Positions 26,271 through 43,287 are shown, counted from the first letter of the stretch. The stretch is 64,000 nt of DNA from Octopus vulgaris (GCA_951406725.2 OX597822.1:85312001-85376000), one strand, 5' to 3'. Translations and numbers: made by a program. The notes: generated by a model from the letters alone, not told the origin.

Positions 26271-26778
26271 GGTTATGATTTCAAAGAAATATAGCTACCC
26301 TGTCTATAATCTGGTGCACCCGAGCATCGTCGGTGTATCTCGACAGACTAATCATAGTCGAACAAAATTACGCATGATTAAAGACGATCCACCTGTGACA
26401 ATCTTGGTGTCTGTATATAAGAAACTATATTGTGCAATATGATCTGTTATTTAAAGATAGTTAAGATGTGGCTTGTTAGTGTTTTGACTGCTATTTTAGC
26501 AGGTTGAGTGAACACGTATCAACAGTGTGTTCCACAAAATTATCTTCAGACTAGTCTCTCTATCCCATTCCACCTCGAAGTCTCATTGTCTTATATTTTC
26601 ACTCCCTCACTCCCTCACTCCCTCTATCAGAGTCAGTGCGTTACTTCACGTTTTAGTTGTTGCCTTCAGAGATGAGTTTTGACTAACTTAGTCACAGAGA
26701 GGGATAGAAAGAGCGACCTATTGGCCACACATGTTGACGCATAATTATCATTGAGTATATTACATTAATTATATGTGT

Positions 26779-27230
<452 letters not shown>

Positions 27231-27239
27231 TCTATATTA

Positions 27240-27302
<63 letters not shown>

Positions 27303-27377
27303 GAATGTATGTATGTATGTATGTATGTATGTATGTATGTATGTATGTATGTATGTATGTATGTATGTATGTATGTA

Positions 27378-28535
27378 TTGAGTTGAGTCATAAATAATTT
27401 CCGGTTTTTTTAAGTAAATCGTAATGACACATTTCGAACTTCAGATGTTTAATATTCAAATGGAAACTTTCGTTTTTAAAAGAGCCTCATCTGTCATTCG
27501 TATTTAAGCAGAGAAATTGTGCACATCATAGTTTAATATTAAATTTCACTCCACTAAAATGGATGAACTGGAAGTGGATATTCAACATGTGATGTTGTGA
27601 GAGTTTAAGAAGAGAAAAACACCACAGAAACAGCTAAGAAAATTTACCAAGGCCAAGAAAACTGACCAAGGCCAAGAAAACTGACCAGCAAGTGTGAAAT
27701 TGGCTTTCAAAGTTTCGTTCCAGGGATTTGTCATTGCGAGACGACACTTATCAAACTTCGCACCAGGACACTTATCAGACTTCGATCATGATGCTTTAAG
27801 AAAATTAGTGGAATTCAATCCTTGTAAAAGTGCTTGGGAATTAGCAGTTGACCTCAACACATCCCAATCCGCCACTTTGAAAAGTTAGGAAAAGTCAGTA
27901 AACTAGCTGTTTGGGTTCCCTGTACTCTTAGTGAGAAGAATAGGGAAGATCAGATGTCCATAGGGACAAATCTTTCAAGGGAGAAAAATGACCCGTTTCT
28001 CAATAATATCATTACAGGTGATGGAAAATGGATCTTTTATGACAATGTTCAATGCAAAAGGCAATGGACTGACAAGGATAAATCCCAACAACTTATCTCA
28101 TGTGCATGAAAATCTTTTAAGAAAATGCCCTGCACTTGTCAATCGGAGAAACATTGTGCTTCTCCATGATAACAGAAGACCACATTCAGCAAGGATCTCG
28201 CAGGATAAAATATTGGATTTGGGCTGGTATGTTCTATCCCATCTACCATTATCACTGGATCTTGCACCAACTGATTTCCATCTTCTTCACTCTCTACAAA
28301 ATTCTCTGATGAGGAAAAAAGTTTCTCAAGAAAATCAGGTGAAAACGTAAGTGGAAAGCTTCATGTCGAGGCCAGCTGAATTTTACTCGGGATGGATAAA
28401 AAAGCTTCCTGATAAATGACAAGAGGTCATTCAAAATAATGGCGACTATATTGATAATTGAAAATAATTCTTTGTAAAATTTTTCATGAGTAAAGGTATT
28501 TGATAAAATCGGAAATTATTTATGACTCAACTCAA
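27378..28535 (+). mobile_element. Mariner (DD34D) transposon, internally deleted and non-autonomous
   Basis: TIRs TTGAGTTGAGTCATAAATAATTTCCG at both ends with TA duplications. Disrupted transposase with WVP, IITGDGKW, LLHDNRRPH and SLDLAPTDFHL motifs. Confidence 0.93.
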
Positions 28536-28639
28536 TATGTATGTATATATAAAGATTTCGTGTAGGCACAGCGATAGTAATAAGATGGTATTGGAACTTA
28601 ATATACATTAATCCCTCGACTAGCATGGGTGTTACGTTT

Positions 28640-28826
28640 TACCCTCACCCCCGCCCGCGATAAGTGAAAATCCGTGAAGTTGAAACAGTACTGTACTGTA
28701 TATGTTTTAAAATCATTTTTATAATTTGTATATATTCATTTTATTATAAATGCATCACGGAGGAATCGACGTAAGCTTAAATAATAAACCGTGATATGTG
28801 AACCGCGATATGGCGAGGGTTTACTG
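28640..28826. mobile_element. Tigger/pogo-type MITE fragment
   Basis: Right end ...aaccgcgatatggcgagggtttactg-TA, typical of Tigger TIRs. Left end is missing. Confidence 0.6.
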
Positions 28827-29076
28827 TACTCATGCGTCAGAATAAAACGCTAAGCGAATCCAGAACGTAATATGAATTTTTTTAAATGACAGAGGAATGA
28901 CAATTATGCAATCAGCTTCAATAACTCACAAGAGGCCATAAGTTGATGTACCGGTACTTATCTCGGAGCGTCCTGTTTCCTGTTGCAGAACAGCGGTAAG
29001 CTAATGAAGTTGATTATGTAATCCTTGTTTCTTTGTCCTTCCTCAATTTATAAAGCGATCGGTTGTGTTTGCAGCT

Positions 29077-29398
29077 GGTACTCCGTCGGTTACGACGATG
29101 AGTGCTCCAGTTCCAGCTGACCCGATCAACCGAACAGCCTTCTCGTGAAATTAACATGCAAGTGGTTGAGCACTCCACAGTCACACGTGTACCCATAAAG
29201 TAGTTCTCAGGGAGATTCATCGTGATACAAAATGTGACAGGGCTAGCCCCTTTTGAATTACAGGTACAACTCATTTTTGCCAGCTGAGTGGACTGGAGCA
29301 ACGTAAAATAAAGCGCCTTACTCAAGGACACAACGCGCCGCTAGGAGTCGAACTCACGAACTTACGATCGCGAGCAGAATAACCTAACCACAGAGCCA
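29077..29398 (-). mobile_element. SINE family C
   Basis: Colinear match to 11341-11662. Confidence 0.85.
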
Positions 29399-29663
29399 TT
29401 ACAAAGAAAGAGAAACTGAAAGGAAGGCAGGTGATGGACTTAAGTCAATTTATTGTGTCGATTATAAGTGTTGCATATACGAGGGACGTCACAATCCTGC
29501 TCTGTCACTGGAGATCCCTCAACATTAGCCATCCGAATCATCTGAGGACGAATGCGACCCCATCCCTCCGCCCCGCCAACAATACAAATAATTGGAATCA
29601 TAAAAAACAACAACACAATAACGAATTTCAGGGTTTAAATAATTTTTATATATGTATTTATAG

Positions 29664-29708
<45 letters not shown>

Positions 29709-29952
29709 GTTCATATGATAATCGTTTATTCTTTTGTCATCTCATTTTCTTTCATACATATATATATATACATATGTGTATATATATATATGTATATATG
29801 TATATATACATATATATATGTGTGTTTGTAGATATATATATATTTGTATATATGTATATATATATATATACATATATATATACATATATATATATGTGTT
29901 TGTAGATATATATATTTGTATATATGTATATGTATATATATGTATGTATATA

Positions 29953-29992
<40 letters not shown>

Positions 29993-30005
29993 GTATATAT
30001 ATGTA

Positions 30006-30238
30006 GAGGGTTGGCCAAAGGTCACCCGACAATAAATCAAAATTCCATAAATAATTAATATTCATTTTTATTCATTCTTTCCAATTATGAATGTCTACAA
30101 GAAAAATTTCAGTTTGAACAATTTTCATGATGTTTCGTATTTAGATGCTTTTATTAAATTCATTCAGTTGTTAAACATAAATAAATCTTGGAATTAAATG
30201 GTTTTGATTTACTGTCAAGTGACTTTTGGCCAACTCTG
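30006..30238. mobile_element. Tc1/mariner-type MITE
   Basis: ~40-bp imperfect TIRs (gagggttggccaaaggtcacccgacaataaatcaaaa / ttttgatttactgtcaagtgacttttggccaactctg) flanked by TA. Confidence 0.8.
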
Positions 30239-31339
30239 TATAAATACTTATATATATATATATATGAATATATCATTACAGAGCCATTGCTGACTCCAAT
30301 GTTTTTTTTATTTCTGTTAGACACACACAGACGCACACACTCAAACACACGTCTTCGTATACTTTTAACTCTTTTTCATCATTTGTATTCACATGTTATA
30401 ACACATATCTCACACATAGTGTCTCTTCAGGTTTCCATCGATCCCTGTTCCTCAGAAAAGGGGCAATGAGATTCCTCTTCGAATCCAACACAATATAGAA
30501 TATGGAATTTCTCCTAATTCTCTGTCACGTTTTTTGTCTACGTTACTCTTTATATTTACGTTTTTAAAAACATTTCTGGGCGTTTTTCTTTTTTTGTTTT
30601 TTTTTGCTTTGCGGGTTGGAGGGTGTCTTCATCATCTTAATAAAGACATTCGTTATGTTCAAACCAAATATGATTTTTTTTATTCATTTATGGATTTATT
30701 TGAAAAAAAAAATTTCTTTTTTTTCCCTTCCCTGTCCTAATTGATGCCTATTTTCGTTGATGCTTGCCAGGCAGTTCACAGCAATCAGGGATACTTTCTT
30801 AACAACTGAATAAAAACTTATAAAGTGTAACAAACCACGTTCAGATTCCGGCCTCGGTTTGACAATCAGTCTTCTGTTGCTAAGTAACGTATTTGCAAAA
30901 GTAATCGTAAAAATTCCAGATTTTTACACATTTGGCACTAAACCAATGAATATATTCCATTTGTCAATGAACGATTAAATATGTTAATAAATAAATATTT
31001 TAATAAATAATATCCTTATTATTGGATGTCATCAAACGGTTGCGAGTGATTAATTTTATAAGTTCACAACTGTGAATATAAATAGAGGCATTTGGAATAC
31101 TGTATGTATTCATTTATATATATATATATGTGAATATATATATAATGTATGTATATATAAAGATATGTTTAAATCATATATAATTAAATAATATATATAT
31201 TATATACGTAGGTCATTTGATGATTAAATAATGCATATGGTCAAGTTGCAGATAAATATTCACATATATGCATATATATATATGTATATATTTGCATATA
31301 TATGACACACAGATATGTATGTGTGTGTGTGTTTGTATG

Positions 31340-31401
<62 letters not shown>

Positions 31402-31924
31402 TATATGATTGCTTATATGAAAGAATACATAAATTAATAAATCTTTGAGTCTGTTCTGTTATTTGCGAAATGTTAAATTCTCTTTCAAACAGAATAAATA
31501 AGAATAAATAATTTCATTTTTTATATTTTTCTCTGTCTTTTCTTTGATTGCATTTTTTTTTCTTCTTCCTTGCAATCCTCTTTTTTATGAATTCGCTTTT
31601 CTGAAAAAGCAATATTCAAAAAGTCTTCTCTGAAAATGTTTCTCACGTTTTTGTGTTGTTTTCTGGAATGGTTTCAAACCCTTCACAGGGCCCACTGCCC
31701 TATTCATTCCAAGGAATACAACTATAATGATAGACAGACAGCAACAACACAAGTAAGTTTTATAAGATCTCCACTCCTACTTGTTGTCGTTTCTTTTGTG
31801 TTATTTTTTGTTGTTGTAACCAACCAACGGTCGTTTGTCACGTTTGAAAAAATGTCACCGAGCGTTTTTGTAAAATTGTTCATATTGTCTTCATAATTCT
31901 TCAGTTCCTGCTTGAGATAGAAAT

Positions 31925-32118
31925 TCATAAATCTAACGTCGAATCCAGCAAACTAGGACAGTCGGATCCAAGTTTGCTTTCTCTGGGGTCTTCGGGGATC
32001 CAGATTTTAGCTATCATTGTGTTGTTTGGCCCAAGATGTGCTTTTTTTTCGTCTTTCCACGACAAAGAGTGACCTTCCAGGGGAGGCAAACCGTACCGAT
32101 CACTTTCATCAGTCAAAC
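31925..32118 (-). CDS. Ptf1a: Ptf1a coding exon 2 (C-terminal RBPJ-binding motifs)
   Basis: Acceptor TTTTATTTTCTAG| at 32119, phase 1 matching exon 1. Encodes [21 protein letters not shown]...[28 protein letters not shown], with the C1 (HSLSW) and C2 (WxPEDPR) motifs. 445+194 = 639 nt = 212 aa plus stop. Confidence 0.94.
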
Positions 32119-32861
32119 CTAGAAAATAAAAAGACATACAAAGAACTGTAATATATATCAAGCCAAGAACAATCACACAATAATTACAAATTAGCAAAAA
32201 CATATAAATATGAAAAAAAACATGGTTGAAGGAAGATATCAAATAAACAACCAAATAAAGTATAAGTTTAAAACATTAGTTGAGCATTAAAATTAATAAG
32301 GGACGACTGAGTGTTGTTTAACACATTTAATAACAGGAATAATTGTCTTTATTCTTTCCAATGGATTTAGTATGAATACCCTTGCTTTGATGGATACATT
32401 CGATCAGAAAATGTCAGAGTAGAAGAGTAAGGAATAAAGATTTGTCATTGACCCTTCATCAGTTGTCGGCTGTCCATCTACCGTCCATTTCGAGCAATGC
32501 GCGTGTATGTGTATATATGTATTCATGTATGTATATATTAGATGTAAAGCCGTTATTATATGAATGTGGGTTTGATAATGATTAATGATGATAATCGTAA
32601 TGGAAGAGTTGGCTGGTTCTTTGCAGGGACAGTGAAGATGGAGGCGATCGTTATAACTGAACTAGAGTTGTTGAGGTTATTATTATAGCTGTAATTGTTG
32701 TTGGAGGTGATGGTAACGGATGTGGTGGAGAGGAGTTTAGTGGTAATGATTCTAGTAATAGCTGCCTAGTGAATGATGATGAGACGGCAACGGCGCCGGT
32801 GGGGTGATGACGTCAGTAGTGATGAGAGAGAGAGCTTCTGTGGCAGTAATGGATTTTTTAG

Positions 32862-33006
<145 letters not shown>

Positions 33007-33789
33007 TAACACTGAAGTCCAGATGACAAAGAACAGAGCTGGAGATAATCTTTACTCTGTAAACATTCTCAGAAACTCACCACTGACTCACAACAACTTC
33101 TACAAACTAACAACAGCTGCACAATTTTCCAAATACTTCTTTTTTCTTTTTAATGTTTTTTCTCATTTTCCATTCCTTCTCTATTATTTATCCTTTCTTC
33201 CTTCCTTCTTTTTCAATTTTTCTTTCTTTTCTCTCCTTCAATCTATTCTTTCATTCCTAGTTATCTACAATTTGTTCTCTTTTCATTCATTGAATCGTTT
33301 ACGCGTTTGTTTGTTTGTTTGTTTGTTCAAGAATTCGTTCATTCATTGCATTTCTTTCTAATCTTATTCATTGAACGAGCATCGAATAAAATACGATGTA
33401 GCATTTGTCCCAACTCATTTCGTTCAGAGTTCAAATCCCGCAGAGATAGACTTTGCTTTCCGTCAGGCCGAGATCGATAAAATAAAGTGTTATTGTCGAT
33501 ATCATTAACTACCACCCCTCCCCCATTCCCTTGTGCTTAGGCTCTTTTTAGAATGGAAGAACGGCAGAATCGCTAGAATGGCGGGCAAAACGTCTTGAAG
33601 TATTTAGACGCTGCTCTTTACATTCCAAGTGCCATTTCCTCCAAGACCTTTTGGGAGTGGGGGGTCTGTAAATAAACTAACAATCAAGTTCTTGGGTTGG
33701 TTGTATGGACTTATTCCCTCCCCTCAAAAACTTCTGGGTTTCTGCCAAAAATATTTTAAACGATTATAAAAAAAAAAAAATAAAACAAG

Positions 33790-33995
33790 CTGACAGAATC
33801 CTTTGTGCGTCGGACAAAATGCTTAGCAGCATTTCTTCAGGTTCTCTACGTTCTGAGTTCAAATTCAGCCGAAATCAACTTTACCTTTCATCTTTTCGGG
33901 GGTCGATAAAATAAAGTCCCAGTCAAATACTGGGGTCGATGTAATCGACTTATCCCCCCACTCCCACCCCGAACTTGCTGGCCTTGTACCAAAAT
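33790..33995 (+). mobile_element. SINE family B
   Basis: Match to the 59717 family, followed by (ATT)n. Confidence 0.8.
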
Positions 33996-34000
33996 AAGGA

Positions 34001-34116
<116 letters not shown>

Positions 34117-34134
34117 ATTATTATTATTATTAAT

Positions 34135-34178
<44 letters not shown>

Positions 34179-34546
34179 TAGAAGGCGGTGGCGCCGTTGC
34201 TGTTCATGAAGCAAACCCTTTCAGCGCTGACGTTGTTCTTCATAGTGCCATACCAGTAATATGCTGGGGTCCAATCAATCAACTCTACGCCCGTTTACTA
34301 CCACAAAACCTGATTTGGACAATCAATAATCTTTCTCCGGTTATTATTGCATTAGTTTCTTTTTATTATTGTTGTTGTTATTTTCTTGTCTAATGCTTCT
34401 TCTTTTTATGTTGTCAATATGTATATATGTATGTATATGTGAGTGTGTATGAGGGTGTGTGCAGGAGTGTATAAGTGTGTGTGTGTATGTGTTTTATTTT
34501 CACTTGGCACGCATTGATTTTCGTGTTTTTTATGGTCTTCCATCTT

Positions 34547-34602
<56 letters not shown>

Positions 34603-35018
34603 TCACCATCAACACCACGCCACCACCACCACCACCACCATCACTAACACCACCAATCCTCTTTTTATTTCATTCACGCCTCCTCTTCATACTTCTTCAT
34701 ACTTCTTCATTCTTCTACTTCGTCCTTCACTTATTCCCTCACACCCACCATCACCGCTAACTCCACCATCGCCACATCATCAACATCGTCGTCGTCATCG
34801 TCGTCATCGTCATCATAGTCATCTTCTCTGTTAACTAACAAAAATCCCTCCGCCATCATAGTCCTCCTCCCTCTCCTCACTGTGTTTCCCTCCTCCCACC
34901 ACACCCTCACAGAAACTTGGGAACATCTCAGCTGGTCTGGCTGTCTTTAGGCACTTGTTATTGTTGCTATGAATTTCGTCTTTTGTATGAGCTACATACA
35001 CTGTTTGCTCTATAGACA

Positions 35019-35099
<81 letters not shown>

Positions 35100-35107
35100 G
35101 CACACAC

Positions 35108-35148
<41 letters not shown>

Positions 35149-35502
35149 AAATTATACGTGCATTCACCTAAACAGTGTGTGTGTCTGAATGTATGTGCGG
35201 CTGGATGTATTCAAATGTATGTTTATATTAGCGTAAATGCACGCAGGTGTATATGCATGCACACACGTAGAATACATCCGTATGTGTAAAAGAGAGACTG
35301 CGTATACGTGAGTGTGTGCATTTGAATGTGTGTATGAGAGTGTGTGCGTGCGTACTATGCGTATTTTCAAATATATGCGAGTATAAGTGAATTCATATAA
35401 ATATACATACATACATATACACATATACATACATATACACACATGCATACATATACATACATATACACATATACATACATACATACATACATACATATAC
35501 AC

Positions 35503-35546
<44 letters not shown>

Positions 35547-36230
35547 TCATTCAATTTGTCTTTTTGTGTGCTGTGTGCGTCTGTGTATTTATATGAGTGT
35601 GTGTGTGTGTGTGTGTGTGTGCATGCGAATGTCTACCTGTGATAGTGTATCTTTGTGTATACATGCGTATATACACAAGTATGCATTCATTTGCATATAT
35701 ACAGCACAGATAAGTATACACTAATTCAACAAGATTATGTGTGCACGCACACATATATATGTATATATATATATTTATGTGTGTGTGCGCGTAGAAAGAT
35801 ATAAATGTACACACACATACACACATACATGTGTGTGTGCGTGCGTGTGTGTGTGTGTGTGTGTATACATATACGTATGTAAATTACGCATACTAATTTC
35901 CTATTGTATCTCCGAGCGCTTTGGGATAATTTGGAAAGTAAGAAGGTTAAAAAGGTTTTTCATTTCAAGTCATCGGGTGACAGTCTACGATATACACTTG
36001 AATAAAATAATCCAAATTGTTTGCGCATGCACGGTTATACAAATTGCACCCGAGTCATAGTTTCTGTATGTACCAGGATGCGCTAACAGCCACTAAACAC
36101 TCCGTCGATGAAAGACAGGTATTCTTTCTCTGACGAAGTTATAGGAATACTAGAAACTAGTCCGGTCGAATTTCTTTTAATAGCGAGGCTAAAACTAAAT
36201 ATTTTGGGGGAAAGGCATATCTTGTGTGCA

Positions 36231-36332
<102 letters not shown>

Positions 36333-36350
36333 TAGTTATAGGTTTAGTTA

Positions 36351-37142
36351 TAGGAGACATTAAAATCTAGGCTGAGCAGCACGTAGGACGCCAGAAATGG
36401 TCAAGTACCATAATGTAAGGTTCGCATAACAACCACAAAGGTGTCCAATATGTTTGTAGGATACCGTAGATATGTAAGTAGCAAATTCGATTTAAACCGG
36501 GAATCCACCTCAGAGTTGATTCTAGGTATGACGTACATATAAAAACGTATACAAATGGGGTTTAGTATCTTAAATCCCATTTGTATTCTTGTGTGTGGGG
36601 GGAGGTAATGTATGCTGTTGTTGTTCTTGTTGCGTGTGTGTGTATATATATATATATATATTTACATATATATATAAATACATATACATGTACACAGTCA
36701 CCCCAAGCACACACGCACATACACACACACACACACACACAGAGTTCACTTCTCCATTACTAGTTATGGAATCTCACCGCGTGGGATCTTGGATGAGTAT
36801 TTTTTTTTTTTTCACCATAGCCTCGAGTAGACCCATTCCTTGTGAGTAGAACTGGGGCTTCCCGGGAACTTTTTTGAAAAGAGTCTCACACTGTGATGCT
36901 AAACCCTCAAAGGAATTCCGTTAAGGGGGACTTTTTTCTGTAGAATGGTCAGCCACATCACACGTACATTTAACGGTTGGTTCATTCATTTAATGGAAAG
37001 AGTGAATAGTCATCCTCGAAATTGATGGAGGACCGAAATGTATACATGCGTGTGTACGCTTGTATTTATGTACGTATATTTACATGCGTATATGTGTGTA
37101 TATAAATTTATGCGTATGTATATACATAAGCATATACGTATA

Positions 37143-37174
<32 letters not shown>

Positions 37175-37179
37175 GATAT

Positions 37180-37210
<31 letters not shown>

Positions 37211-37270
37211 TATAGATAGATAGACAGATGCATACATACATACATAGATGCTTATATATCAGTTACATAA

Positions 37271-37304
<34 letters not shown>

Positions 37305-38092
37305 AGACATTAAAATCTAGGCTGAGCAGCACGTAGGACGCCAGAAATGGTCAAGTACCATAATGTAAGGTTCGCATAACAACCACAAAGGTGTCCAATA
37401 TGTTTGTAGGATACCGTAGATATGTAAGTAGCAAATTCGATTTAAACCGGGAATCCACCTCAGAGTTGATTCTAGGTATGACGTACATATAAAAACGTAT
37501 ACAAATGGGGTTTAGTATCTTAAATCCCATTTGTATTCTTGTGTGTGGGGGGAGGTAATGTATGCTGTTGTTGTTCTTGTTGCGTGTGTGTGTATATATA
37601 TATATATATATTTACATATATATATAAATACATATACATGTACACAGTCACCCCAAGCACACACGCACATACACACACACACACACACAGAGAGTTCACT
37701 TCTCCATTACTAGTTATGGAATCTCACCGCGTGGGATCTTGGATGAGTATTTTTTTTTTTTCACCATAGCCTCGAGTAGACCCATTCCTTGTGAGTAGAA
37801 CTGGGGCTTCCCGGGAACTTTTTTGAAAAGAGTCTCACACTGTGATGCTAAACCCTCAAAGGAATTCCGTTAAGGGGGACTTTTTTTCTGTAGAATGGTC
37901 AGCCACATCACACGTACATTTAACGGTTGGTTCATTCATTTAATGGAAAGAGTGAATAGTCATCCTCGAAATTGATGGAGGACCGAAATGTATACATGCG
38001 TGTGTACGCTTGTATTTATGTACGTATATTTACATGCGTATATGTGTGTATATAAATTTATGCGTATGTATATACATAAGCATATACGTATA

Positions 38093-38128
<36 letters not shown>

Positions 38129-38129
38129 C

Positions 38130-38164
<35 letters not shown>

Positions 38165-38224
38165 TATAGATAGATAGACAGATGCATACATACATACATA
38201 GATGCTTATATATCAGTTACATAA

Positions 38225-38257
<33 letters not shown>
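36351..38257 (+). repeat. Tandem duplication of a ~950-bp unit
   Basis: taggagacattaaaatctaggctg starts at 36351 and 37301. Copies differ almost only in microsatellite and homopolymer lengths. Confidence 0.95.
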
Positions 38258-39210
<953 letters not shown>

Positions 39211-39531
39211 TGTATGTATCCGATTACTTTCTTTGGGGCAAAAGCCTCGTAATGCGCTCTTAAAAACCCGACGATGCGTCCACGCCAGATTTTGAGCTCC
39301 GAAAATATTCAAATATATTATTGAAAGCAAACTTAAATAATGTTATATGGATATAAAAAATTGTTACTTTTGTTGCTACTATCTACAAGGAAACAATAAA
39401 CTGTATGTATATATATATGCATGCTAATACAAGACCCACATTAGATTCCTCACTCGTATCATAATCGAACCAACAATACAACTACGGTCTATCCTCACAT
39501 TCTTTGGGTTTTCTAGATACTAATACCTCTC

Positions 39532-39596
<65 letters not shown>

Positions 39597-39679
39597 AACC
39601 GTTAAACTTTGTCAAACAATTTGCTTTATAATATCGTTTCAATAACAAACGCGTGCAATATAAATTGTGTGTGTGTGCG

Positions 39680-39729
<50 letters not shown>

Positions 39730-39891
39730 AAACACATATAGCTGTGTTGTGTGCGTGTGTGAGAGAGTATATGTGTGTATATACATATACATATTATATA
39801 TATGTATGTACATATTCAAACGTATGTATTTGTATGTGCATGAGTGTGTATGTGTGTATGCGCGCGCGCGCGTGTGTATTAATGTGCCTAA

Positions 39892-40048
39892 GGAGAGTCA
39901 TTCTCTTTTTGTGCCTAATTATCTAACACACGCACCGGTTCAGTTTCCACTCATTTAATTCTTTAGAAAAAAATAGAGAAGTAAATGAGTGGAAAGTGAA
40001 CCGGTGCGTGTGTTAAATAATAAGACACAAAAAGAGAATGACTCTCCC
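39892..40048. repeat. Fold-back inverted repeat (~65-bp arms) of a dispersed family also at 63428-63560
   Basis: ggagagtcattctctttttgtg...ccactcattta / taaatgagtgg...cacaaaaagagaatgactctcc. Confidence 0.85.
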
Positions 40049-40608
40049 CAGTCACAACAAAATATGCTTCAACACACGAACTCACATGAAGAATCTTGCA
40101 AACCAAATCCCAAAACAATATATATATATGTATATTTGTGTGTTTGTGTTTATATTTGTATGTATATTTGTGTGTGTGTGTGTGTATGTATGTATGCATG
40201 TACGTATGTATGTGCGTGTAATTTGTATACGTTTGTTTCATGTACTACTCACTGATTATAAAACGAAATAATCTTATTAAGCTCTGTTGGGAGACATAAC
40301 AAAACAATATAATTTGTAACCTTGGGTCTCCTCTTTCCAACTGTTGCCTGAATATTATATATTGTGTTATATTTGTCCCCATTGACACGGACAAAGGCAA
40401 ATAAACTGTTAATCTTTGTCAAACAATTAGCTTTATAATATCGTTTCAATAACAAACGCGTGCAATATAAATTATGTCCGTGTGTGTATATATATATAGA
40501 GAGAGATAGATAGATATAGATATATATACAGATAGATTGATAGATACATACATACATACATACATAGATACATACATACGTACATACATACATACATACA
40601 TACATACA

Positions 40609-40639
<31 letters not shown>

Positions 40640-40722
40640 GTATATACGTATGCATTTAATAATGTATTTGTGTGTATATATATGTATCCGTGTATATATA
40701 ATTATACTTATATATATGGGTG

Positions 40723-40895
<173 letters not shown>

Positions 40896-41272
40896 GCTTA
40901 TTTTATATTGAGTTATAGTAAAAACTATTTTACATTAATCTGAATGGCTAATCTTTACTCTTGTAGAGTACAAATTTATTATGACTTAAACAAGAAAATT
41001 ATTGACAGTGACTCCGAAGTTTCGCCCGATTTTGCCATCGTTGGTAGCGTTTTTTTCTTTTAGTTTTCTATTAGTTTTCTTGCAAACTAGTATATACAAA
41101 CACACACAGGCATACACATACACACACACACACATTACGTTATACCCCGTGTCATATATTTTATATGTAATATATAATATAATATATAATATGTAATATA
41201 ATACAGTATAATATAACGTAGCATATTCGTGTGTGTACACGTACATAGACATACCTATATGTATATATATAC

Positions 41273-41322
<50 letters not shown>

Positions 41323-41551
41323 CATGCATACACATGTATGTGTATACACACATACACACACACATATATATATATACACACACACATTCATATATTCATA
41401 TATCATATATATGTATATATAAGTATATGGGTTTGCACATACATATGTGTATATGCATTTTATTATTTAAATGCATGTTTGTGTGTGTATATATATTTCA
41501 TATATATATATATATTCATAAACATATATACATGCACACACACATGTATAC

Positions 41552-41651
<100 letters not shown>

Positions 41652-42165
41652 GTATGTAGGTAGGTAGGTATGTATGTATACACACTCACACACACAATGC
41701 CATACGAAATAATGCATTATATTTGATGATCACATCTGGAATGTCTGTGATTATAGGTGAAATCAACAGCAGCCACGTATCTGCTTCTATAGCACCATCG
41801 GAACTACAACAGTCACATCGACAACAACAACAACAACAAAAGCAACAGATACATAACTCATATCCTAGTTTTAGGACTGGAAATCTGAACTTGCCAACGT
41901 GTCGTTCCACATATGGCATCTTCTACTAATTTTCCTGTGTATATTTTCTTCTTCGCTAATACATCGAAATATTTCGTATTTTGTCCGCTAATTGTTATAA
42001 TTATCTTTTTAGTTTTGCTACATTTTTGCATCAACCCTTTCTATTTAATTATTTCATCATTTAATCAATCTGAAAATACTTGAGGGTTATTCATTAGCAG
42101 AGACGTGGCAATAATCGATTGTATACACACAGAAAAGAATATATATATATGCACACATATACCTG

Positions 42166-42258
<93 letters not shown>

Positions 42259-42782
42259 GTATGCGTAAGTATATATAATATAATATATACATAATAAAGT
42301 ATATGCAAACAGGCATACACATAGATATAGACACCTACATACTCACACACACACACACAAGTATATATATATATATATATATATATAAATATAAATACAT
42401 ACAGACATACATACATAAATGCATGCATACAAATAGACAGATAGACTGAGAGATATACATACAAATATTTCACCTCCGTTCTTATATAGACAAGCATACA
42501 CATATGATTTAGCTGACATCACACAAAGTGATATTGGAATAAAATTTGTCGATAAATGATTGAATTTGGAAATATATGAGAATTTCAATGACTAACACAA
42601 CTTAGACTGATACCGTCCAGTGATGGGTTGACGGGAGCGGAATATTAAACAAGTTTTAGAAAAAAATGACAATGATAAGTTTGACGTTTGTTTAATTATT
42701 TAAAATAATTATTCCTTCTTTCTTCGTTGTTAATATGTGTGTGTGTGTGTATGTGCGTGAACAGGTGTATATATGTATGTGA

Positions 42783-42872
<90 letters not shown>

Positions 42873-42989
42873 GGTAATAAAGATTTTAGAAATGTTTACT
42901 ACCTGTGGCTTAGCGTGTAGAAAAATTAGTCAATAGACTATATATTATTCATATAAATGCAGTGTACGTTTAAATGTAAACTGCATATA

Positions 42990-43041
<52 letters not shown>

Positions 43042-43125
43042 GTAGAAAAATACAACATGGACAAGAACGTATAACTCTTAGAAGACGACACAATAAACAC
43101 GGACAGGACATTCGAAACCCTCAGT

Positions 43126-43180
<55 letters not shown>

Positions 43181-43287
43181 GAAAATTTATAGAAAAACAA
43201 AACACGAAGACTGGTGTATGAACAACAAGCAGGTGTAATAGTTTGATGCTCGGGAAGGTGAGAAAGTCTTTTACGTTTCGAGTCTAC

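Noticed and set aside
32119-32254. N-terminal part of ORF 31925..32254
   Set aside because: Intronic sequence upstream of the AG acceptor.
32440-32500. Minus-strand CTGATGAAGGG (similar cases near 12224, 44290 and 60945)
   Set aside because: No correctly placed GAAA, stem III and cleavage triplet.
36120-36175. CTGACGA...GAAAC...GTC hammerhead-like string
   Set aside because: Stem I and stem II pairings are poor and there is no inverted partner. At best a heavily decayed copy.
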